Assembly (NCBI GenBank): GCA_032718475.1
Contig: JAUCBJ010007143.1
Span: 1-45,667 of the forward strand
Length of the DNA stretch: 45,667 nt
Direction: 5' to 3'
Origin: Nemertoderma westbladi
Taxonomy: Eukaryota; Animalia; Xenacoelomorpha
The notes beneath the pieces were generated by a model. That model was given only the letters and a program-made list of their open reading frames with translations, was not told the origin of the DNA and ran no database searches. Positions 36,106-45,667 of the stretch are shown here, piece by piece. The translations under genes and the position numbers were made by a program. Numbering within the stretch: position 1 is the stretch's first letter; the number at the start of each line of letters is the position of its first letter.

Positions 36106-36391
36106 CCTACATTATGTAGGTGTACCGGCCTACTATGTAGGTGTACCGGCCTACAGTATGTAGGTGTACCGGTGTACATTATGTAGGTGTACCGGCCTAC
36201 AGTATGTAGGTGTACCGGCCACAGTATGTAGGTGTGCCGGCCTACAGTATGTAGGTGTACCGGCCTACAGTATGTAGGTGTACCGGCCTACAGTATGTAG
36301 GTATACCGGCCTACAGTATGTAGGTGTACCGGCCCACAGTATGTAGGTGTACCGGCCTACAGTATGTAGGTGTACCGGCCTACAGTATGTA
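36106..36391. repeat. 23-bp minisatellite (continues at 37145-37179)
   Basis: Unit CCTACAGTATGTAGGTGTACCGG. Confidence 0.93.
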
Positions 36392-37144
36392 CAGTACAGG
36401 CCACCAGAAAACGCAGATTTGTACAATTGTGAACACATTTTATCAAATGTGTACCAGTGTAATGTAATGTTGTTGAACGGGACAATTGAACATAATTGAA
36501 CATAATTGAATTGGCAACAACCACAATTTTTTCGCCAAAGGATACAATTGAATACTTTTGAAACGCTTAGTAATCTGGAAACTCTCTGTAGTTTGCCGCG
36601 AACTGTCACTCACTGCAGCTGGAAATGCGATAAGGATTATTGTTTACCTTTACAGTGTGCGGTTAATGGTGTCTAGTAGGCACGGCCTATAGTTAGTGAT
36701 GTTAAGGCATCTTCTCGTGTTTCTCTGTGCCCTCTCGGTGTCAGACTAATGGCGCGACATCTCCCTGCACTAAATTAATTATTCAATGGTCTAGGCTCCT
36801 CCATCCATATGCCCATCCGCTCCCATACACCCCATGAACATTAACAGTGTGCGGTTAGTAGTCTCTATATACACTCCATGAACCTCCATGTGGTCTTGTA
36901 TGCAGTTCTCTCTCTACCAATACAGCCCATGTCCGCAATGTTACGCCCTGGGGGCTCTCTCATCTACCTGATATCAGACATACAGGTGCACCGCACACAA
37001 AGCCTTTGTCGGTCCCAGCAAGTCAGCCTCCTGCTGTGTGATCTAGAAGATAACTCGCCATAACCTGCAATCAGACGACTTGAACAAATGTGTTCACATG
37101 TGATCACATTGGATGAAATCTGCTTTTTCTGGTGGCCTGTACTG
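36392..37144. mobile_element. Tc1/mariner-type non-autonomous element (753 bp)
   Basis: TIRs CAGTACAGGCCACCAGAAAACGCAGATTT / AAATCTGCTTTTTCTGGTGGCCTGTACTG; TA duplicated at the TA of the 23-bp unit; removing the element restores the unit. Confidence 0.88.
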
Positions 37145-39399
37145 TAGGTGTACCGGCCTACAGTATGTAGGTGTACCGGTTCAGAGATTCCGTAGCAGAA
37201 ATTAGTTTTACCCGTCGCAGTCTGTGCCAACTGTGAATCTTCAAAATGTATGTCAATACTTATTGAATAGAAATACAGGTTCTTCATACAATTTTTGCGA
37301 CGCACAGTATATTGTTGCCATATACTGTACCGTACCTATGATCTGACGTCTCTCACAACTGAGACACCTTCCGAAAAATACCGATTTCAGTTTGAGCTAC
37401 CAAATGTTACCGTAATTGAAAATTCTTAATAAAATTAGGGTTTTTATATACCACAATAATTTTATCATATATATTTTCCATACTGTAGATTGAAATCTAT
37501 TATTAAATCTTTTGTTATAATATTACAACGTAATTTATTGGATTCATGCGTATAAAAATAATCTTGCTATTAGATGTCGGTATTTTGGAGGTTATCACTT
37601 GTGTAATAGCGTCCAATTATTTACTAGCCTACCCATTCGATATTAATGTTTAATATTGATTTTAAACTATGAAAGTCAACCTTTTAAAATGGTCGTAAAT
37701 TCTTTACTCTTTGGAAACAGTCGTAAAGTCCTATCCTTTTTAGGTAACCATTTCTACTGTAGTCTGTTAGTATAGTACTGTATGTATACTATAACAGTCT
37801 TTTAGAATTCAACGCCCTTTTCATTTACATTGTATTATATGGTGCCTTGATTTTGCAATTTATTCATTATTTATGGGCTAATTTATATTTCCTAGGTTAG
37901 CAGCTATGTCCCTTAATACACGCACTGTGTTTGCTCTGTTTATAAGGGTTATTTATTGTTATACTGCAAGGATCCAGTTTCTATACATTCTAAGCACCCT
38001 TCCACGACTGCACGAGAATGGGGCGCATGGCGGCCAAACCCTAGTCCTGTGTTTCTGAATATTAGGAATAGGATCGCTTGTATAATATCTGGACGATAAA
38101 TGTCTGTTCTAAATTATCGAGAAGTAGGCCTACCCTTAGGCCTACTGTACAGTCAGTAAAACGATATGATTGTGTGGTAACGCGAAGTTAGGTCGTTAAA
38201 CAGATTCCTTAATATTTAGAAACTGTAGCAGTTTTGTGCTTAAGAAAACAGCAGTACTTTATCATTATCTATCAGTTTCTCAAAATGATACCTGATTAAA
38301 ACTGTCATGTAACCCTAACACTAAATCATGATGCTCTAATCTGAGAAATTTTGTGGAATTTCGGACATTACCATTGACCCTTCGGGCCAATGGCATGGGT
38401 CCCAAAACCCACAAACGGGCCACCATTTCACTTTGAAGTAGCGTTTCGGACCACCACACTCGAAATCTGGGGTGAAATACTCTGGGAGCGCGGGGGGGGG
38501 GGGCATATAGCGCTAGGCGAAAATGCCCGGGGGGGGGGGGGGGTGTAGGGTGGGGCGAGGGGTGGTGTTAGTTGGTGTATTTATGGGAGACAGCAGGGGG
38601 GGATGGGGGGGTTGCAGGGGGGGGGGGGGGGGGGGGGGTGGTGTTAGTTGGTGTATTTATGGGAGACAGCTGGGGGGGGGGGGGGGGGGGGGTTGGCAGG
38701 TAGTATGATTGTTTCCAATAATCCGAAGCCCAGATTGCATCATTGAGGATTTTGTAATTCGCCATTAAAAACAAGTCTCAGGACCGGTTAAGAAAATTCA
38801 TCTGATTTCTTCCATATATTTTAAAAATAAATTTACTGTCGAAAATTCACAAATGGTACATGTTTCCATTACACTTAAATCACAGGAACCCTCATCTCAT
38901 CCGAATCCGATGGCGCACTTTTATGACAATTTTGAAAATAAATTTAACAGTACAAAATTTCATTATCGTTACAATAAAGCACACTTTATAACTTGAAACC
39001 GGGGCTGTTCCCATTGGAATAATAGTGAATAAACACGTTCTGGAATACAACCCTGTGGGATCGAGAATCGAAATGATCCGATGTAGAATTTGATAACTTT
39101 TAGGAGACTCCTCAATGATGCCAGTTTGGGCATCAGTGGGATTATTGACGTCAACTTAAACAATGTTGCCTACCCAAATCAGTCAAAACCTTTACAATTC
39201 CTTGCAAAGTATAATGAAATATCTGCCGGAGCTGTACTATAAGCACATACATTAATAATTAAAATGTCTTTGTCTTCCAAATCAGCTGTTTCAGTGTTTT
39301 TGGTGTAAATAGACGTCCCCGTGTTTTAGGCCTATCTGCCTATAGTTCAGTGTCAGTAGTTCTTTGTCTGAACCGAACCGGTGCCGGTGAGCTGCTTAA

Positions 39400-40841
39400 C
39401 ACTAATCGGTACAGACTTGTGGTCTTTACTAAATGGTACATGTGTTCTACAATTTGTAGTCATGTATGTCAATTGTATTTACTAAGTAATTTCAATAGGC
39501 CTATATGGTTCATTTGAGCTGTAAAACTAAATTAAAACTAAATTAAATCAAATCGTAGACAGCGAATTAGAAATTTGAATCGTTGAAAGCCAAGAGTAGC
39601 TTTAAAGAATGGTGGTCCATGAATCGGATGCCAGAGCTCTTGAATGTTTTGATGTGCACTTTTATATACTCCTGCCATTATCAGTACAGCCAGGCTCGCT
39701 TTTAGCTCAACAAATGAAAACTGAATGAATGTTTTTCCAAGTTTTTCACCTAGGATTCGACATTTTCTATTGGTCTCACGCAATTTGATGTAAATAATTT
39801 CAATTGTAAAAAATCATAAAAAAACTATCAAGTTCCGTTATTGGGTTTTGTAAAACTCTAGGTACAACTCTGACAATATCTATCCGTGATTTCTTTCTTG
39901 GTTTGGGTTCTGATTCAACATACTCATCACCAGAACGTGCTAAAATGATATTTTCATTTGTGCGTGGTAATGTGGATATAGATTCTCCTGAATCAGACTC
40001 ACTATCACTACCACCACTACAGCTGCTCTCGATCTCAAGTTCAAAATCACTCACTAACACTCAATAAACCTGAAATATTATCAATGTTTGAATCACAGTC
40101 ATTTTCACTTTCCTCAATAAGCCTAATATTTTCTTCCCCTTCACTTGCTTCATCAGATGAACCTTCACTGCCATCATGAACATCTTCGCCAAATATTATA
40201 TGATGTTCTAAACTACGCCAAACTCTGGACATTTACGGAAACCGGGTGGGTACGTACATATAGAAATAAAATAATAAAACGTACAACCTACACAATGATC
40301 TTGCAGACTTACTGACTGACATATATGATTTCGTTTTGTCAAGTAATAATTCTTATTGTAATTTACAATGTAATAATGTAAAGACCCAATCAAAATTGAC
40401 TTTGATTAAATTTATGGTTGGGGAAATCGCCAATAAGATAATTTTTCAGATGGGCAGGTGCCTCAGAATTAGCTATTGAGTGTTGTTGTGTAGCATGAAT
40501 GTGTAGCTCTTACCTAAAACATCAATATTACTTTACTGACTGTATATAACCTGTTTCTGCATCATATTGAACACAACCCCTCACTCTATAACAAAAATTT
40601 CATATGTGATTATATGGAGAACTCAAGACTACATTTTGTAGTTGACATGTACCTTTGGAGGTTTTCTATTCTCAGTGGTGTATAAATAGACATTTATGGT
40701 CATAGGAATGTTTAAGCATATATTTAATGCCTTAATCTAGGGATAGATGGCGCCTGGAGTATTAATTCCAAAATTTCTTTAACAAACTTGATGCTGAAAC
40801 ATTTCGGACTACAAAATGTAGCACACATGTACGTATTAGTG
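39400..40841 (-). mobile_element. piggyBac internal-deletion derivative (1442 bp)
   Basis: TTAA on both sides; TIRs CACTAATCGGTACA / TGTACGTATTAGTG; subterminal inverted repeats at 39435-39461, ~40628-40653 and ~40807-40832. Confidence 0.9.
39538..40232 (-). pseudogene. Frameshifted piggyBac (PGBD4-like) transposase N-terminal half
   Basis: Acidic N-terminus followed by ELKASLAVLIMAGVYK..ELW..FFKATLGFQRFKFLIRCLRFD, split over three ORFs; catalytic core deleted. Confidence 0.85.
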
Positions 40842-41104
40842 TTAACCCGTAAACAGATAAAGCAGTAAAGCTTTACGTCAGTACAGCATTATGCAGTACT
40901 GCAGTAAGCCATTTCTGAAATCACTGTTTCAGCAGTTCACAGTTCAGGCTATCCTGTCAGGTCAGGTCAGGAGCATACAGCTGCACTGCATACAGGTTTG
41001 CAGATCTATCTCAGAATTATTTCAGTTGCTGATTTATGATGTAGGCCTAATACTGTAGTACAGTAGTACTGCTGTACTGTCTGACTGTAGTACCGGGTGC
41101 CGTA

Positions 41105-41208
41105 ATACTACTACTAGCCTACTAGGATCGGCATGCTGCATTGCAGCTGCATTTTTAAGAATGCTGTGCCGGCTTGTCAACAAAATTGCACCGCCACAAC
41201 TCCCTATC
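41105..41208 (-). mobile_element. RTE-like LINE extreme 3' end
   Basis: The reverse complement matches 42000-42110, including CATGCCGAT and a (TAG)n-like tail. Confidence 0.75.
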
Positions 41209-41227
41209 AGCATCAGGTCGGTGAGAA

Positions 41228-41302
41228 GTCAAAAATTGGACTTCAAGTCCAATTTTAGACTTCAAGTCCAATTTTGGACTCCAAAGTCCAATATTGGACT
41301 TT
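41228..41302. repeat. Tandem palindromic ~20-bp repeats
   Basis: TTGGACTT-C-AAGTCCAA hairpin unit repeated about 3.5 times. Confidence 0.7.
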
Positions 41303-41689
41303 AGTACAACTCCATGTGTACCCATGCTGCCATACTGTATATCGGTATTTAAATCAAAACTGCATCCCGTATCAGTACATATATATTACATAATTACAAT
41401 GCAACATTATTTTAATGATCAAATTAATTATTATATGTATTATAAACAGGGATCGCACACGTACAGTCAGACATCAGTAGTTACTTTTTGCGGTAGTGGT
41501 ATAGCTTTGCGGTAGCCTTACTGCCTTAGCGGTGTATACCGCGGTAGCGTAGTGGAGTTATAGCTGTATAGTTCATTCATACCCATACTGCCATACCTGT
41601 GGTATTTTCGTATGGCAAAAATAAGACTACTGTAAACTGTAACCTATTATGTTATTGAGTTAATGTTTATTGACTAATTGTTTAGATTA

Positions 41690-42112
41690 GGTTCACTGTG
41701 TCAAGTACAATGCACACATCTCTGCATCTCCAACCAAACACTATATAACATTGGAGTTGGAGGTGTCTCATTCAGTCATTGGTTCCCCCAAGCTTGACAC
41801 TAGAACAAAGCCGCCTCCGCTTTGCAGGACATCGCTTTAAGCCGTGAGGACCAGCCAGTGCACCTCATGGAGTGAATAAGCATGGTGGACAGCCCATAAC
41901 TTTCTTGAGACGCATCTTTCTTACTGTCTTAAAGGACACTGGCCTTAAAGATGCGGATGATCTAGCAAATGTCATGGGTGATAAGGCTGTAAGAGTGTAA
42001 GGGAGTTGTGGAGGCGCACTTTTGTCAACAAGCCGGCACAGCATTCTTAATACATAATAGGGCCTATATATATAATGCAGTTGCAATGAATCATGCCGAT
42101 TGTAGTAGTAGT
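41690..42112 (+). mobile_element. RTE-like LINE 3' portion, degraded
   Basis: 41690-41810 matches the reverse complement of 5168-5266, continues through an RLRFAGH-encoding stretch, and ends at the stop and a (TAG)n tail. Confidence 0.85.
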
Positions 42113-42748
42113 ATGTGGTGAGGTTATAGGGCTCCTTCAATTGGTAAAGTCAAAAGTGACCGTTTATTGTTTTAGTTAGAAAAGCCTGCATCTGTAACCT
42201 GTTCCTTTCCCTCAATTGGTTTATGATTATGACGTGTGTTACTTGTTACTTCTGTACTTATTATGTGGAGACCCCAACACGTTAATCAGTTACTAATCCC
42301 ATTTCATTATCCTGTTATCCAGCCGTTTTATAATACCCTTCCTGTTGTATGGAAAAATTAGAAGAGATGGTGGTAGCATCAACTTGTAGTATTTCTTTCT
42401 GATAGGGCTCCCATAGCCTTAGACGAAATCGTAGCTTGTACTGTAGTTAGCCTTAGCAGCAGCTGCAGTTGGCTAACCTGGCAGGGTTACCAGTATCCAC
42501 CAAATATAATTTGTAATTAAATATTTGTTGGAGCATAATCTAATCTAGTCCTAAAGACATTATAAAGTCCTGGGTACAAAAGGCAAGGCTGTAAGGTTAG
42601 ACATAACATGAATGTAAATTGTAAACTAAACAATATGCTAAAAGTAAAGTACAAAGTACCTAGAATGCTAGAATGTACTATTCAAATGCCAATATATTCT
42701 AAGTACAGTACAGTCATTACACTGAAGATACATACAGAGCTGCAAAGT

Positions 42749-42837
42749 AGGGCTCGATCGGAGCTCCGGCCTCCGGCTCCGGCCATTTTGGCACCTCCGG
42801 CTCCTGCTCCGGCTCCGGTAAAAATATTGCCGGAGTT
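42749..42837. repeat. GCTCCG-repeat cluster, probable DNA-transposon terminus
   Basis: Multiple CTCCGG motifs plus an inverted GCCGGAG. Confidence 0.4.
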
Positions 42838-43569
42838 AATTTTTTAATAAAGTATTATATTTCGTGCATATTCTAATCTGAACAATTATTTACACTATAA
42901 GTACTGAAGTAAGTACTGTAGTACAGCTTCAATATCAAGCATAATACACTGCAGTACTGCAGTATTTACTTAAAGTCAATGACTGACTGACTGTACTGCA
43001 GTACTGGTACTGGCCAGCTGGCTGACTAGCAGACTATTACAGATAGGCCCTACTGTAAAAAATTGTAAATGCTATGAATGAATGTACACTGTAGCTGTAC
43101 CACTGCAGCCATTTACTGCTGTCATGCTCTCATGCCAGCATACTGTACTGCAGTACTGGTACACGTACGGTAGGCTACCTACAGTACACACCTCTACCAC
43201 AGTTAGTGAGTTAGGTAACGGTACTGTAGGTAATTTTTAGCCGTCAGCGTCAGGCCGTCTGTCCGTGATAAATTAATTACTTAAATTTTAAATTGAAAAT
43301 TCGTCAGTTCGTAAATCTATAAATTATGAAATTAATTAGACCTACAGTCTGACAGTATGATTGATTATGAGCCATTCAGTTAGGGACAACAGCCATATAT
43401 GGACATAACAATGTAGCCAAAAATTACAATAATTTATAGTTGATGCAGCCAAATAATATAAGTGATTCATATATTTGCAGCCAATTTTGGCTAGATTTAC
43501 AGAAGAGCTCCAGCCAAATCACTACAGCAAAATTATTTTAAATATAGATGTGTAGTTAGTAATATGTAT

Positions 43570-43998
43570 GGCAGTATGGGGTGCCATTGATGTCAATACA
43601 ACAATACCCCTATCTAGTAGGGGAGAGGTGTGTAATTTTGTCATTGTCAGTAGTACTCCTGTACTCAGTCAGTCAATAGCAGCAATCTAGATAAGAAATG
43701 TCAGCTGTATAGTTTTGGCATGTTTGGAAAGACAATTTCCATCTAAATTTATTGGAATCAACGGCAACTGGTCATTTTCAGCTTTCAGGCAATTTATCTG
43801 TCAGATGAGCCCTGTCAGCCTGTATTCTGAACACTTCCTCTACGCCGTAAAGGTGGGCATAAGTGTTTTCTGTTCCACTTAATGCCCACCTCATCTAGCT
43901 CGTAGTGGGGGTAAGAGAAACATTCAAGAGTTGCAGCGCCCACCTAACACCCTAACGTTTTGATAGGGGTATTGGTATCAACGGCGCCCCATACAGCC
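43570..43998. mobile_element. MITE (~430 bp)
   Basis: Inverted termini GGCAGTATGGGGTGCCATTGAT..CAATACCCCTATC / GATAGGGGTATTGGTATCAACGGCGCCCCATACAGCC. Confidence 0.7.
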
Positions 43999-44200
43999 AC
44001 AGATTTACACCAACCAACCAACCCCCCCCCCCCCCCCCCACCCTCAACGCCCAAGGTACAGTACATATGTTTTAAGTCTCTAAGTCAAGAATGAACTGCA
44101 GAATTGTAGAAAGTGGTCTACTTAACCTACACTATATAACTACTGTATAGCAGTATACTTATTGTATATCTGTATAAGAAGTATATTTTGGGCATTAGAG

Positions 44201-45270
44201 ATGGCTTCTAAATTCAGCCGCAATTGCCGCTGCCTTCTTCATGAACACCTTGAGGAACCAGATGGTGTCGCCTTCAGTTTAGTTAGTCTAAAAAAGAAGA
44301 GCAAAAAAGTCCCTAAAAGAGTGCATGATGGCTTAATCGCAAAAGGGTGGCTGACTCCAACTCAAAATTTTATATGCACATACTGTCTCTATCTTTTTAA
44401 AATAATTACTGGGCAGCTGGGGATGTTGCTGAGAGAGAAGCAACTGCGGAAGTGGAAGAATGTATTGTGGATGTAGGCGACGATGATGATGATCTGCTAG
44501 ATAAGGTTAAAAAAAGAATGGTGGATGATGAAGTATTTCGTGGTAAAATCATATATCATGTTGGAAGTTGTTTGGCCAAATCATTAGAAATTGAAATGAT
44601 TGAAGATACCCGGGAAATAGATCAAAGTATGGTTGAATTGTCAGTGAAAGAAGTGCTTCAAAAAACAAATAAAGATGTAGTCACGTTTTTCAATGCTATA
44701 AGTACAAGACAGGCTCCAACAAGCAATGAAAAGAAAGTAAATTATATTACAGTTAAAGCAATTGAATTTTTAAAGTTTTTGAGAAACACACAATATTATG
44801 GTCCCCTTTCAACACGTGAATCACTGTGTGGGTATTTGGTTTCAGGGAGTAAGTTTTTTGTGAGTCTGTCTTCATGTACCTCTACTACACCATCGTATAT
44901 CACAACTTTAAAGTTGTTAAATACTTTTGCAGTCAGAACAAGTCCACCAACAGGCGAAGTTGTTATTGCGATTGACAATAACCAAGTACTTGGTAAGACG
45001 TACACACTATATCAACAAGGCTCAGGGCAGCCACTTTCAAAGGTGTGCTCTGTATTATCCCTTTCCATTTCCCAAGAACTTGGAATTCAAAGCCAGCGAC
45101 TCCTCACATGGGTTGATCTGAATGCTAATAGAAACATATTTTAATAGATGTGATGAGATCTTCGAATCCATCAAGTATTCTTTTATAGAGTCTGAGATTG
45201 CCGTTTTGATGGCTGAGTTGACTGGGCAACCAACAGATGATTCTTCGTTCATGGATAAGTTTTATGGATA
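44201..45270 (+). pseudogene. Frameshifted uncharacterised, probably transposon-derived ORF
   Basis: ATG at 44201; Cys/His N-terminus (CRCLLHEH..ICTYC); a shift into the 230-aa frame with PSYITTLKLL..VVIAIDNNQVLGK; a further shift near 45140. Confidence 0.5.
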
Positions 45271-45632
45271 GTTTTATATTATTATTAACGGTACCAGGAG
45301 TATGCAAAACCAAAACTATCCACTGTCTGACTGTTGCCAAATATGGCTTACTACAACAAATAATATGGCCAAAACAACTTATTGAAATAGGAATTAAATG
45401 AACTGAAATTGCCATATATGGCTGAAAATTTAGGGAGAAACGATACATATTTGGCTGTATTGTAGTAGGCTGTTGCCTAATTATGCAATGCTTTTTAACT
45501 GTATCCATCTTATAAACATGAAGGTGAAATTTTTGTCTTGTAAGGCAAAAAGAAAAAGCTTTGTATAGTGCGCCCATTAAGAATTAAATTTACAGTAGTG
45601 GACAGCCAAATATGGCAATGTTTTATAGCCAT

Positions 45633-45667
45633 TGTTCGCGCTTTTGAAGACCTTTAGCAGTTTAACC
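45633..45667 (-). repeat. Start of a third LTR of the same BEL/Pao family (runs off the window)
   Basis: 35/35 identical to 10304-10338. Confidence 0.92.

Noticed and set aside
38490-38700. Gly/Pro-rich ORFs and G-tract duplication
   Set aside because: Low-complexity poly-G tracts, common throughout the window; G4 potential but no specific evidence of function.
5155-40841. Uni-strand piRNA cluster suggested by minus-strand TE bias
   Set aside because: Too few independent insertions, one RTE copy is on the + strand, and intronic antisense bias explains the pattern; small-RNA data would be needed.
41155-42050. Apparent TIR element
   Set aside because: The inverted pair is two oppositely oriented RTE 3' ends.

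Overview
AT-rich metazoan (invertebrate-like) genomic DNA with no prokaryotic features. The only clear host gene is an intronless ATG8-family coding exon (MAP1LC3/LC3C-like, 34712-35086, +). Its 3' splice acceptor at 34690-34691 implies non-coding 5' exons upstream. The dominant structure is a ~17.7 kb composite BEL/Pao LTR-retrotransposon insertion on the minus strand (10304-28039), sitting inside a 27-bp minisatellite. It is arranged LTR - internal - shared LTR - truncated second internal copy - inverted LTR fragment, and a third LTR starts at the window end. The element encodes an intact Gag-protease ORF with synonymous-biased divergence between copies, but no RT or integrase. It carries extra small ORFs and a structured RNA in the env position. 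It lacks a tRNA-type PBS; instead the PBS position is complementary to the predicted transcript 5' end, suggesting Tf1-like self-priming. The window also holds RTE-like LINE fragments, a piggyBac deletion derivative, a Tc1/mariner derivative, MITEs, four minisatellites (three interrupted by TEs) and many footprint-like micro-duplications.
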